A stretch of 64,000 bases of DNA from positions 146,384 through 210,383 of IMG/VR virus record IMGVR_UViG_3300037258_000590; one strand, written 5' to 3'. A program made the translations under genes and the position numbers. How positions within the stretch are numbered: position 1 is the stretch's first letter; every line of letters begins with the position of its first letter. Below the pieces are notes generated by a model. The model was not told where the DNA came from and made no database searches. It saw nothing but the letters and a program-made list of their open reading frames with translations. Shown one piece after another: positions 41,105-51,383 of the stretch.

Positions 41105-42529
41105 ATGATACTGAAACGTAAGATCACCGGCCCGGACGGAGACCGGGTACTCACGGTCATCCGCGCGGCGGGCGGGCGGCCGGTGCTGGCCGGCGGCTGC
41201 GTGCGGGATGCGATCCTGCACCCGGGGCGGCCTGCGAAAGACATCGACATCGAGGTTTTCGGCCCCGCGGACTTCGAGCGGCTGGCGTACGCGCTCACTG
41301 AGGCCGGATTCGCGCCGGGCCTGACCGGAGTCAGCTTCAGCGTCATCAAGATCCGCAGCAGCGGCACTGAGTTCGATATTGCTCTCGCGCGCCAGGATTC
41401 CAAGACCGGGCCGGGCCACCGCGGGTTCGACGTCATTCCCGATGGGCTTCTCGGGTTCGCAGCGGCGAGTGCGCGCCGGGACTTCACGGTCAACGCGCTG
41501 ATGGCCGACCCGGATACCGGTGAGGTGACCGATTGCCACCACGGACTGGATGACCTGCGCGCGGGCGTCCTGCGGCATACCTCAGGCGCATTCACGGAAG
41601 ACCCGCTGCGGGTGCTGCGGGCGGTGCAGTTCGCGGCCCGGTTCGGTTTCCGGCTGCACCCGGAGACCGCGGCGCTGTGCGGCAGCATCTCGGGGGCGTT
41701 CACCGAGCTGGCCGCCGAGCGGATATGGGGTGAGTTCATCAAGCTGGGCACCCTGGGCACCGACATCAGCGCCGGGCTGCGGGTGCTGGCCGAGACCGGG
41801 TGGGAGCGGCATTTCCCGCCTCTTGGCGCGCTGCACGGCGTGCCGCAGGAGCCGCAGTGGCATCCCGAAGGAGATGTCTGGACCCATTCCGGGCTGGCGG
41901 CCGGCCAGGCGGCCCGGCTGGCTGATGAAGCGGGCGTGACGGGCACTGACCGGCTGGTCCTGGTCCTGGCGGCGCTAGCCCACGATTTCGGGAAGGTCAC
42001 GACTACCCGGACGGTGAAAGGCCGGATCATCTCGCACGGTCACGCAGCGGCCGGGGTCGCGCCGGCGGTCGCGTTCCTGCGCGGCGCCGGGTGCCCGCAT
42101 GCTATAGCCGCCCGGGTGGCCACGCTGGTCCGGGAGCACATGAACTGTGCCGGGCGCCCCTCGAAAACAGTGGTCCGCAGGATGGCCCGGCGGCTCGGCG
42201 GCACGTCGCTGACTGAGCTGGCCCTGGTGATCGGCGCTGATCATGCGGGCCGCGGAGACCCGGGCGCGCCGAACCCGGCCCTGGCGTGGCTGGAGATGGC
42301 GGCCGGGCTGGGGGTGACCGGGCAGCCGGCGAGAAGACTGCTGGCCGGGCGGCACCTGATCGCGGCCGGGATGACGCCGGGCCCGGCGTTCGGGCCTGTC
42401 CTGGCCGCCGCCCTGACCGCGCAGGATGACGGCGAATTCACCGATGAGGCCGGCGCGCTGGCGTGGCTGACCCAGCTGACCGGGCGCACAGCACAGACCG
42501 CGCAAGCACGAGAAGGGAATTTCTCATGA
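41105..42529 (+). CDS. cca: class II tRNA nucleotidyltransferase (CCA-adding-like) with HD domain
   Basis: GGCVRD, DIDIE, RRDFTVNAL, EDPLRVLRAVQF, ERIWGE, HPEGDVWTH, HDFGK. Confidence 0.88.
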   Translation: MILKRKITGPDGDRVLTVIRAAGGRPVLAGGCVRDAILHPGRPAKDIDIEVFGPADFERLAYALTEAGFAPGLTGVSFSVIKIRSSGTEFDIALARQDSKTGPGHRGFDVIPDGLLGFAAASARRDFTVNALMADPDTGEVTDCHHGLDDLRAGVLRHTSGAFTEDPLRVLRAVQFAARFGFRLHPETAALCGSISGAFTELAAERIWGEFIKLGTLGTDISAGLRVLAETGWERHFPPLGALHGVPQEPQWHPEGDVWTHSGLAAGQAARLADEAGVTGTDRLVLVLAALAHDFGKVTTTRTVKGRIISHGHAAAGVAPAVAFLRGAGCPHAIAARVATLVREHMNCAGRPSKTVVRRMARRLGGTSLTELALVIGADHAGRGDPGAPNPALAWLEMAAGLGVTGQPARRLLAGRHLIAAGMTPGPAFGPVLAAALTAQDDGEFTDEAGALAWLTQLTGRTAQTAQAREGNFS

Positions 42530-43365
42530 CATCCACCCCGGCGCTGGATCTGTGCCGCAAGATCAGCACCTGGCAGGAAGCTGACGGCGCTTCGTCCGGG
42601 CTGCCGATGCTGATGCCGGCCCGCGAGCAGGCCGACCTGGACCACATCCTCGCCCAGGTGCGCCAGGCCAGCACGGCCGGGCTGCCGCCTCTGGAAGAAC
42701 GGGCCAGGTACTGGCTGGTCGGGTACCGCGAGCTGGAGCGGCAGCAGCGGGTGCTCACCGAGCAGCAGCGCACGGAACTGAACGCGGTCGTAGACCGGCT
42801 GGCACCCGCGCCGCGAAAAACACGCCAGCGCCAGATCAGGCAGCGAACCGGTGAACCCGTCATCCTCGCCGTGATAATTGCCTTGACCAGCATCCTGATC
42901 CTCGTCGGGGTCCTCGGCATCCGGATGCTGGTGACCAGCGGCAACGGCAGCCCGCCTGCCGCCGGAGCGCCCGCGGATCCCGGCCAGCAGCCGGCCCCGG
43001 GCGCACTCACGGACCTGCAGCAGTTCCGGGCTGACTGGAACGTGCCGGCCGGAGCGAGCGCGTCAGCCGGGCACCCGGCCCAGCTGGTCCTGCTGCAGAA
43101 CGGCCTGTACTACCCTGCCCCGTGGTCGGTCCCGGCCGGCGACGCGGGCTGGGTGCCTGACACCACAGGTACCCTCGCCGGGCAGCCGGCGATCCACGGC
43201 AACCAGGCGGATGTGACCGACAGCGACGGAACTGCCTGGACTGTCGCTGTCGGCCAGCCGTTCGTGCTGGCCGCCAACCCCCAGGTGGTGCTCCGCGTGC
43301 TGCGGGATGCCGCCGTCCAGTCCATGCCGCAACCGCACGCCATCGCGGTGCGGACCAGTTCCTGA
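42526..43365 (+). CDS. membrane-anchored hypothetical protein
   Basis: single hydrophobic helix VILAVIIALTSILILVGVLGI; ATGA overlap. Confidence 0.65.
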   Translation: MTSTPALDLCRKISTWQEADGASSGLPMLMPAREQADLDHILAQVRQASTAGLPPLEERARYWLVGYRELERQQRVLTEQQRTELNAVVDRLAPAPRKTRQRQIRQRTGEPVILAVIIALTSILILVGVLGIRMLVTSGNGSPPAAGAPADPGQQPAPGALTDLQQFRADWNVPAGASASAGHPAQLVLLQNGLYYPAPWSVPAGDAGWVPDTTGTLAGQPAIHGNQADVTDSDGTAWTVAVGQPFVLAANPQVVLRVLRDAAVQSMPQPHAIAVRTSS

Positions 43366-43386
43366 CCCAAGACAGGAGATCAGTTC

Positions 43387-45321
43387 ATGCCAGCTGTACT
43401 AGCAGGCCTCATCGCGGGCCTTGTCCTCGGCGCCGTCAGCGGCGCCCTCTCCCTCATCAGGTCGAAGGGCGACGGCAAGACGGCCGCCAAGGTCAATTTC
43501 TTCGCGAACCTGGTCGTCACCGGGCTCATCGTCACCTGGCCGGTCGCCGGCCTGACCTTGCCGACCGCGACGTTCGCGGGAGTCCTGCCGCTGATCGTGC
43601 TGGACCTGACCCTGGCCATGGTGATCGCGGCTCTCGCGGACGGGTTCGCGGAGGGCCTGTCCGCGGCTGCCGTGATCATGGCCCTCGCGGTGATCGCCGC
43701 GGGAGGCACGTGGCTCGCGGTGCACAACGGGCCGCATAACGCGCAGGAAGCGGCGCACATCGTGCACGTCACTGTCGCGGCGGATGACGCACTGCCTGCC
43801 AGCGTCACCTCCGACCTGGTGGTCGTCACCCCGGATGAGGCAGCTACCCGGGCGTCCCAGGCGATGTCGAGCGGCATCGCGGCGACCCGTAACTTCGCCA
43901 CGTTCACGAACCTGGGGCCGGCCACGCTGCAGCGGGTGGACGGGAAGATGTGGTACGTGTTCCAGCTGGAATTCGACGGCGCGGGCAACAAGGCGCGGCT
44001 GCACGCGATCGTGCCCGGCTACATCATGATCAGCGCAGAGGACCCGAACCCGGACGCGGCTCCGGTAGAGCGGTACGACGGGCAGTGCAAGGACAGCTGC
44101 ACGATGATCGTCAGCCTGGCCGGCGGGCAGGGTTCTGAGCCGATGCGGTGGGTGCGGGATCACCTGGCCGGCGCTGGCCAGTACACGCTGCAGGATCCGA
44201 CCCTGGAAATCCAGGACGGCACCGGCGACCCGTACTTCACGGTGACCATGCTGAAGCCTCAGCTCGGCACGACGTTCCCGGCCCCGGTGGCCGTCGCGGT
44301 GATCAACGCCCACACCGGGCAGGTCACGAAGTACGACCTGCCCGGCCACGGCCCGGACCAGCTGGCCGCGCACGCGCCGTGGGTTGACCGGGTGTACAGC
44401 CAGGCCACGGCTGAGCAGATCGTCAACTGGTACGGCTACTACGCCCAGGCCAGCTGGCCCGGTCTCGGCGGCAGCAACGCCAACCGGTTCCAGGTATCCG
44501 GCGACCCGGTGCTGACCTACACCGGGGACGAGAACCCGTCCTGGCGGATGCTGCTGACCAGCTTCAACGCCGAGACATCGGTCTACCGGATCGTGGAGAT
44601 GGACTCGGCGACCGGGGCGATGACCATTTACGCGCCGGCCAGCGCGATGGGCATCGAGTCCACCGTCGCGAGCGCCTTCTGCAATGCGCAGGGGGTCGGC
44701 GCGGGCAACGTCAGGTCCAATCACCTGATCCCTGAAGACATGACGCTGCACGTGATAGACGGCCAGCTGGTCTGGATGACCAGCTACGAATCGTCGCAGG
44801 CCAGCGGCTCGTCAACGGACAGTCCGGCGCAACAGGAAGGCGACACGGACGACCCGTGCGGGACCGGCGAGGCCCCGGTGAGCAATCCCACGTTCACCGG
44901 GATCGGCTTCGTGCCGGCCTACAACGCCACGGCGGCCAGCGCGGTGTTCGGCGCTACCCGGGAGCAGGCGCTGGCTAACCTGTTCACCGGGATCGCCCAG
45001 CAGGGCAGCAGCAACGGGGCCAATCCGGGCGCAGGCGCTGCCGAGATCACCATCACCGGAACGATCTGCGGGAAAGCCCCGGACACCGAGAACGGCAACA
45101 CGGTGTACTACGTCACCTTGTGCGGAGCAGGCGGCAAGCCGGACAGCACCAAGGTCTACACCGGCACCAGCGCGGCCAGCTCGGGCGGTCCGGCGCTCGT
45201 CCTCGCGGGCACCGGCGATGACGTCGTGATCAAGGTGCTCAGGGTGAGCGCCAGCAGCTCCCAGCAGCAGATCCAGGGGTTCAGCGACACCCAGCACCCG
45301 GTCACCACCCCAGGAGGCTGA
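43387..45321 (+). CDS. large membrane protein with N-terminal TM helices and extracytoplasmic domain
   Basis: about 4 hydrophobic segments in first 110 aa; GACAGGAG SD. Confidence 0.75.
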   Translation: MPAVLAGLIAGLVLGAVSGALSLIRSKGDGKTAAKVNFFANLVVTGLIVTWPVAGLTLPTATFAGVLPLIVLDLTLAMVIAALADGFAEGLSAAAVIMALAVIAAGGTWLAVHNGPHNAQEAAHIVHVTVAADDALPASVTSDLVVVTPDEAATRASQAMSSGIAATRNFATFTNLGPATLQRVDGKMWYVFQLEFDGAGNKARLHAIVPGYIMISAEDPNPDAAPVERYDGQCKDSCTMIVSLAGGQGSEPMRWVRDHLAGAGQYTLQDPTLEIQDGTGDPYFTVTMLKPQLGTTFPAPVAVAVINAHTGQVTKYDLPGHGPDQLAAHAPWVDRVYSQATAEQIVNWYGYYAQASWPGLGGSNANRFQVSGDPVLTYTGDENPSWRMLLTSFNAETSVYRIVEMDSATGAMTIYAPASAMGIESTVASAFCNAQGVGAGNVRSNHLIPEDMTLHVIDGQLVWMTSYESSQASGSSTDSPAQQEGDTDDPCGTGEAPVSNPTFTGIGFVPAYNATAASAVFGATREQALANLFTGIAQQGSSNGANPGAGAAEITITGTICGKAPDTENGNTVYYVTLCGAGGKPDSTKVYTGTSAASSGGPALVLAGTGDDVVIKVLRVSASSSQQQIQGFSDTQHPVTTPGG

Positions 45322-45488
45322 CGTGGACGAGACGACCATCACGAAAATAGCTGACGACATCGTGCACCTGCGCGACGCGCTCCTGACGCGCGAGCTGCCA
45401 GTGGCCGAGATCGGGCCGGTCCTGGCCGCCTGCGCGCTCGGCATCGTCATCTTCGAGACCGAGAACGCGCTGTAGGTTACCCGCTGGA

Positions 45489-45857
45489 TTACCAGGGGCG
45501 CCCGGCTTCCGTATCCGGTTTCGGCGGGTACCGGGGCCGGGCGCCCTGGCGTGCAGCGGCCCATTCCGCGATGATCCGCCGGGCTCGCTGGACCGAGAGG
45601 GCGCCGCGGACCTGATTGCAGTAGACCGGGCGCCCGCATTCCGCGGTGCACACCGGGCACGGGTTCCCGGGCGCGCCGTGTGCGGGCCGGCAGTTATCCA
45701 GGCTCCACAGCAGGTCAGGACGGTCCGCAGCCGGCTGAAGGTGATCTACTTGCCTAGCGCCTCCGCAGCCGCACACATGACACAAGCCGCCGTAGTACTG
45801 GACCACGTGCCGGGCGAACGCTTCCCAGCGATGACCGCGAGGATGCGGGATGCTCAC
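45489..45857 (-). CDS. HNH endonuclease
   Basis: CHVC...VDHL.P...LDNCRPAH...CN..RG. Confidence 0.75.
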   Translation of the reverse strand: MSIPHPRGHRWEAFARHVVQYYGGLCHVCGCGGARQVDHLQPAADRPDLLWSLDNCRPAHGAPGNPCPVCTAECGRPVYCNQVRGALSVQRARRIIAEWAAARQGARPRYPPKPDTEAGRPW

Positions 45858-46313
45858 CGTCTCACTCAACACCACGAACGGAAGTGACCACGTGAAGGCA
45901 GTTAAGATACCGGCCGCGCAGCGATCCCTGCTGCTGGCAGGCGCAGGACACGTCACCGGCTGGGAGCTGTGGCGCGCCCGGCGGCTCATGCGCTGGTGCG
46001 GGCAGCTCCCGGCTGGCGGCGTGCTGACGGCGGACGGCGGCATGGCCGCGGGGTGCTGCATGCACTACTCGTTCTTCCGCTGGCGGATCTGGCTGCACCG
46101 CCACCCTGGCACGCGCCCGGTTCCGGCTGACCTGCGAGCAGCGCTGGACGGCAGGGGGCCGATGCCGGAATGGTTCAGGAAGGAAGCCCCCGCAACAGAG
46201 CACGAAAACCCGGCGGCAGCTGAGCCGCCTGCCGGACGTCAGCGCCCCGCAAAAGCCGGAAGCCACCCGATCACACCACCCAGGGCCTGAAAACGCCCCT
46301 GGGCCCAGCACGG

Positions 46314-46664
46314 TCAGCGTGCAGGGGCACTGCGGCGGCTCAGGTTCATGCGGATAAACCGCTCGCGCTCGCGAGCCCGGCGCGCGAGCCCGGCGGACGT
46401 CTGCCAGACTCCGCGGCCGTCCTGGACGAGCCCGAGGCCGGCGGGGGTACGGCAGACGATGGCAGGCGTGCGCTCGTAATCAGCGTCCTGATGCGCGGTG
46501 AACGACTCCAGCGAACCGAAAGCCGTCTTGCACAGCCCGCATGCACTGAAGCTGCCCGCCAGCTGAACGGCCCCGCGAGGCTGGCACCCGGTGCAGTACG
46601 CCGAACCCGGGTTAGCCGGGTACCCGGAAGGTTCCAGGCAGCAGCCGAAACATAGCGCGGTCAT
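46314..46664 (-). CDS. Cys-rich protein, FDXHR-like Zn-binding
   Basis: CGLCKTAF.SLESFTAHQ...C..P..LGL. Confidence 0.45.
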   Translation of the reverse strand: MTALCFGCCLEPSGYPANPGSAYCTGCQPRGAVQLAGSFSACGLCKTAFGSLESFTAHQDADYERTPAIVCRTPAGLGLVQDGRGVWQTSAGLARRARERERFIRMNLSRRSAPAR

Positions 46665-46693
46665 ACAGCAATGCTACCGCTAAGGACAAGCAC

Positions 46694-47629
46694 TCAGCGG
46701 TTGTGCAGTTTCGTCCAGGTGTCCCGGCCGCACACGCCGTCCGCGGCGAGACCGCGGGAATGCTGGAACGCGGTGACGGCGGCACGGGTGCTCGCGCCGT
46801 ACTGGCCGTCAGCAGCAACCGGGTAGCCGCGGGCGCCCAGCAGGCTCTGCGCGGATTTCACGTCTTCCCCGGACGCTCCGAAGGCCAGGATGGCCAGTTC
46901 TGCGATCAAGGCTGCGGTCCAGTTCTGCGAGGGTGCGGGGGCCGGCTGGCCGCCGTGGGCCAGGGAAGCCAGCTGGTCGATGGTGCCGTGGTACAGCGAG
47001 CAGTCGGCGCTGCCGACGCCGGGTACCGGGCAGGCGTCGGTGAACTGCCATAGCGCGTGCGCGGGGGCGGGCTCGGCGGCCTGATAGGCGGCGACCCAGC
47101 TGACCGGGGCAATCTTCGCGGCAGCGGCGAAGTACAGCCCGGAGTACGTCCACGGCGTATCGCCCAGCTCAGAGGTGATGACGTGGGCCCAGGATGACAG
47201 CCTGGGCAGCTGATCCCCGGCGCCTTCCTCCAGGTCGCAGACGACCACCTCGCCCGTGTTTAGCTTGCCGCCGAGCAGCTGGACGAGCACCTTGGCCTGC
47301 GCCGCGGGGTCCTGGCCGGCGACGAGGTACTGGTAGACGGCGAGGAACCTGGCGCCGCCTTCGAGCAGGTCCGCGCGGCGTGCCCCGCCGTACCAGGCCC
47401 GGTCGGCATGCGCGTCACCGTAGGCGGCCCGGATGGCGATGGCCTGGGACCACTTCAGGTAGGCGGCATCAGCGATATCGGGTTCGAACTCGGAGATGTC
47501 GGCCAGGCGCACGGACGGCCCGGCGGCTCGGGCGGCCATCACGCTGCCGCGGAGACCAGCGGCGGCGGGATACTCAGCAGCCCTGCGGCCGGCGCGGAAC
47601 GGCGTCGTCATGACGGGTACGCCGGTCAT
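46694..47629 (-). CDS. endolysin: GH25-like muramidase + peptidoglycan-binding domain
   Basis: DISEF, DLEE, WVAAY, LWQFT; C-terminal G.DV..AQ.LL...DG.YG..T..AV..FQ..RGL.ADG.CG..TW. Confidence 0.85.
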   Translation of the reverse strand: MTGVPVMTTPFRAGRRAAEYPAAAGLRGSVMAARAAGPSVRLADISEFEPDIADAAYLKWSQAIAIRAAYGDAHADRAWYGGARRADLLEGGARFLAVYQYLVAGQDPAAQAKVLVQLLGGKLNTGEVVVCDLEEGAGDQLPRLSSWAHVITSELGDTPWTYSGLYFAAAAKIAPVSWVAAYQAAEPAPAHALWQFTDACPVPGVGSADCSLYHGTIDQLASLAHGGQPAPAPSQNWTAALIAELAILAFGASGEDVKSAQSLLGARGYPVAADGQYGASTRAAVTAFQHSRGLAADGVCGRDTWTKLHNR

Positions 47630-48310
47630 GCGCCAGGCTCCCCTCGGGGGTAAGGGCGCCTGGCTCCGCGCACGGCCGCAGGCTTACCCCGCTAGCGTAG
47701 CGCTACCGCGGGCTTCCTGGCGGCAGCTGCGGCAGTTCCCCCGCGCTGTGCCATCACGCGGGCCCGCTGCACGGCTCGTCCGGCAGGCAGCATTGCGGGC
47801 ACCGCCCGCACGGCACGCAGATCCAGGCGCTCGGGAACCCGCAAGCAGGGCATGCCGGCAGGTGCTCCGGCACAGGCTCAGCACGGCCGGATGTCATCGC
47901 CGTCCCACGGCGCCTGGCCCGGACCCCAGCCTGCGTCCCGTTCCCCGGCAGCCATGACTTCCCAGTCGGCGTAAGCCTGGGTGTCTTCCGGCGGCGCCGG
48001 GTAACTCCAGAAACTGTCACCGTACCCGGGCGGCTGCCGCCAGAACTGGTCCAGGTGCGGCTGCACGGCCAGGCCGGTGCTGGCGGCGTCCCAGATCCGC
48101 TCGGGCCACTGATAGACGAAAAACGGCCCTTCTGGCACCTGCCACGGTTCCAGGCCTTCCCGCCAGGCCATCCGGGCCGCGGTCAGGCCCAGCACCTTCA
48201 GGTAGTCCAGGCTGACCGGGAGGCCGCGGGCCTGGGCATACCAGAAAGCTGAGCAGCGAAAAAACGGAGGCAGAAGCCCGGCCATAACGCTGTCCCTGGC
48301 AAGAGCCCGG

Positions 48311-48646
48311 TCATCCTGCCAGCGCCCGCCCGGCCCGGCGAGCGCGCATCAGCGGCGGCACCCAGTCGCGGCCGTCCTGCTCGGCGCAAGCCCGGCCCTG
48401 GTTGCATTCCAGGCACGCGAGCACGACAGCGTGACCCTGCGTGCGCTGCGGCCGGCCGGCAGGCCACGCGATCCGCGAGTGCAGGTGATCCCGGGTAGCC
48501 AGCTCCGGCGGGTACCGGGACATCAGCCGCAATGCCGCCTGCGAGATCATGACGACAAGCCGCCCGCACCAGAAACAGTACGGGTAACGCTGGTACAGCC
48601 GCCGCAGGACAGCGCTGCCCTGCCGGCCCCTGGTCATGCCGGTCAC
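48311..48646 (-). CDS. HNH-like nuclease
   Basis: CFWCG...ATRDHL...VLACLECNQ.R; GTGA overlap. Confidence 0.65.
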   Translation of the reverse strand: MTGMTRGRQGSAVLRRLYQRYPYCFWCGRLVVMISQAALRLMSRYPPELATRDHLHSRIAWPAGRPQRTQGHAVVLACLECNQGRACAEQDGRDWVPPLMRARRAGRALAG

Positions 48647-50025
48647 CACCCCACGACGGTCAGCTGCTTCACGGCCCGGGTGACGGCGGTGTACAGCCAC
48701 CGGCTGCGGATCTCGCCCGGGGGCGGCCAGCTCTCCTCGATAACCAGCACGTTATCCGCGGCACTGCCCTGAGATTTGTGGGTCGTAAGGGCGTAACCCC
48801 AGTCGAACAAGGCGATACTGCGGTCGCGGATCGAACGGGCGGCTTCCGGCAGCTGGCCGAACGGGGCGGCGGCGACGGCGCCTTCCCAGGACAGGTCCTG
48901 GCCGTCCATGTCGACCGCCAGCTGCCAGGCGTCCGTCCCGTTCACGCAGGCGGCGCCGCGGTTCTCGCGGACGGTGCCGCGCTGGCCGTTGAACAGGCCT
49001 TCGCCGTAATTGTTGCGCAGGCAGATCACGACATCGCCGGGCGCCGGCGGCCCGCTGCGGCCGTGCCAGGCGCGCATCGCGTCGTTGTGCCAGGCCCGGG
49101 TGGCGTTGGTGGCGCACAGGATCATGTTCGCGTCGCCCGGGTGCAGGCCCTCGTGCCCCATCCGGTCCGGCGTGGTCTTCACGCAGGACGGCCCGTACCA
49201 GCCGCCCGGGATGTACCCGTGCTCACGGGCCCAGCGGGACATGTTCAGGATCGCCATGCCGTCCGGGTCGGCGGCGCTCTGCCGGTGGATTTCCTCCAGC
49301 CGCAGGTCCGGGCTGGACATCAGGCTGAACGCGGACTGGACGGGCGGCAGCTGGCCGTGGTCGCCGATGGCCAGGACGGGCACGCCGTGGCCGGTCAGGT
49401 CGGCCCACAGCTGCTCCGGGATCATGGACGCCTCGTCGGCGACCACCAGGTCGAGCCCGGCCAGGGGGTCGGGTGCCGGGGTGAAGCTGACCTGCTGCCG
49501 GGCCGGGCACGGCGGCCTGATTCCCGGCATGTCTTTGCGCAGGCGGTGCGCGTCGCACGCCGTTTCCCGGCCGCGCAGCTCCAGGCCGGATTCGGCGCAC
49601 AGCGTCATCACCGCCGGGCGGTACAGCAGCCGGTGCAGCGTGGACACCACCTCGGCCCGCGCGCCCAGGCCGCCGAGCGAGCCCCGCAGGACATGCACGG
49701 CCTTGCCGGTGTACGCGGTGTACGCGATCTTCGCGCGGTTGAGCACCGCGGGCAGCAGCCCGGCCACGGTGGTCTTCCCCGTGCCGGCCAGGCCGCCCAG
49801 GATCAGCGGGACGCTGCCGCCGTCCTGGTGCCACGCGGCGATCTCGCCGAGCGCGTCACGCTGGCCGGCCGACAGCTGCCGCAGCCGCTCCGCCTGCCCC
49901 CGGCTGAGCGTAACCGGCCACGCGCCCCAGCCGCGGAGCATGTCCCGCACAGCCGGGTCGGTATCCGGCGGCGGCAGCCGCAGCTCGCTGTCCGCCGCGG
50001 GGGCGGCCTCGGCAGGCGCGGTCAT
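48643..50025 (-). CDS. RecD/Dda-like SF1B helicase
   Basis: GLAGTGKTT, DEASM, GDHGQLPPV, YALTTHKSQGS, WLYTAVTRA. Confidence 0.88.
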   Translation of the reverse strand: MTAPAEAAPAADSELRLPPPDTDPAVRDMLRGWGAWPVTLSRGQAERLRQLSAGQRDALGEIAAWHQDGGSVPLILGGLAGTGKTTVAGLLPAVLNRAKIAYTAYTGKAVHVLRGSLGGLGARAEVVSTLHRLLYRPAVMTLCAESGLELRGRETACDAHRLRKDMPGIRPPCPARQQVSFTPAPDPLAGLDLVVADEASMIPEQLWADLTGHGVPVLAIGDHGQLPPVQSAFSLMSSPDLRLEEIHRQSAADPDGMAILNMSRWAREHGYIPGGWYGPSCVKTTPDRMGHEGLHPGDANMILCATNATRAWHNDAMRAWHGRSGPPAPGDVVICLRNNYGEGLFNGQRGTVRENRGAACVNGTDAWQLAVDMDGQDLSWEGAVAAAPFGQLPEAARSIRDRSIALFDWGYALTTHKSQGSAADNVLVIEESWPPPGEIRSRWLYTAVTRAVKQLTVVGW

Positions 50026-50056
50026 GACGGGCTCCAGGGCGCCTCGGCGGGCGCGG

Positions 50057-50596
50057 TCATGACGGGCTCCAGGGCGCCAGCAGCGCGTCGTCCGGGACCC
50101 GGTGACGGCCGCGGGCCAGCGGGTGCACCGGGCTGCCGTCACTGGTCGTGCCCAGGCACGCCAGCGTGACCCCGGCGGCGGTAAGCACGGCGGTCACTTC
50201 CCGGGCCCTGGCGGCGGCCAGCGGGTGCGCACCCCAGCAGGCGACGACCGGGCCGTCCGCTGCGGCCAGGCCGGCCAGCCATGCGTCGTTGTCCGGGCCT
50301 GCCGGGTCGGTGCCCGCCTTCAGGGCCGCCCGCAGCGCCGCCGGGTGCGGGGAGCGCAGCGCGTACAGGTTGAGCACGCAGATGCCGCGGCAGCCCTCCC
50401 GGCGCGCGAACGCGCACATCCGGCGGATCGTCGGGTCATCGGTGCTCGCGTCGGCGGTGGACGGGTTCAGGCCGATCCAGGCCATCACCGGCCCCCAGGT
50501 ACCCCAGCGGCGGTTCAGCACGTACCGGTACAGGCGGTCGTCACTAAGCACGGTTTCCGCCGCGCATCCGGGCGCCGGGCAGCTGGCCGCGGTCAT
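50057..50596 (-). CDS. DUF1643 domain protein
   Basis: YRYVL.R.W...IGLNPSTAD...DDPTIRR...NLYA.R...GPDND. Confidence 0.82.
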   Translation of the reverse strand: MTAASCPAPGCAAETVLSDDRLYRYVLNRRWGTWGPVMAWIGLNPSTADASTDDPTIRRMCAFARREGCRGICVLNLYALRSPHPAALRAALKAGTDPAGPDNDAWLAGLAAADGPVVACWGAHPLAAARAREVTAVLTAAGVTLACLGTTSDGSPVHPLARGRHRVPDDALLAPWSPS

Positions 50597-50800
50597 GACG
50601 GCAGCCCGTCCCCGCGTGGCGCCGGCGCGTCGCGCTGCACGCCGGCTGCGGCCACGATCTCCGGCGGGGTCATCGCCGGTCCTCCGCGTGCACGGCCAGG
50701 CACCGCGCATTGCGCGCGTACGGGATCCAGCCGGCCAGCACCGCGCGCCAGCGGCAGACGCAGCCTCGCGGCACGCATTCGTCCCAGGTACGCACGGCCA

Positions 50801-51383
50801 TCACTGACCTCCTGTCAGGTCTCTTACCGTATGCAACACCAACAGCGTACGCGCTAATCCCGCGCCAGCCCGGCTGCGGCTGCTGCCGGGCCACTGGCGC
50901 CTGGCGAACAGCTCCAGGTACGGGCCGGGACTGACTTGCTCGGCAAGCCTGCAGAACTCCTCCGGCTTGCGCGAATGACTCCCGCGCGGCCACTCGTACC
51001 AGCTGGGCATCGCCGCGCTGGCCGGAACCATCGGCTTGCCGCGCGTGGCCAGCAGGCAATGCTCGGTGTTGTTCCGCACGTAGTAGCCCATCCCCGGCCC
51101 GCGCTTGCACCAGGTGATGAGCGTCATCGGGGTGAAGCCCCAGGCGCGGGCAACGTCATACGCGGAGCCGAGCAGCCGGTTGACGCCCCAGATCCACAGG
51201 TGCGCGTCATCGGCAGCCAGTTCCCTGACAGGCAGCGCGGCAATGTCGTCCACGGCCATCACCGGGTAGTGCCGTTGCGGCTTGCCCCGGTGGTACGTGC
51301 TGCGCCCGTGCATGGCCGGCCACCGGCGGGTCAGCCAGTATGCACCGGTACCCGCCAGGCGGAGACTGCGGCATCGAGATCAT
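50801..51383 (-). pseudogene. MT-A70 family adenine methyltransferase, frameshifted
   Basis: YRCILADPP in one frame; HYPVM...HLWIW...TEHCLLA.RG...HSRKP...YLELFAR in another; one extra G inside DPPW. Confidence 0.75.

Noticed and set aside
45850-46290. + strand ORF inside the - strand module
   Set aside because: No recognisable motif or clear SD and it opposes local gene polarity; left uncalled
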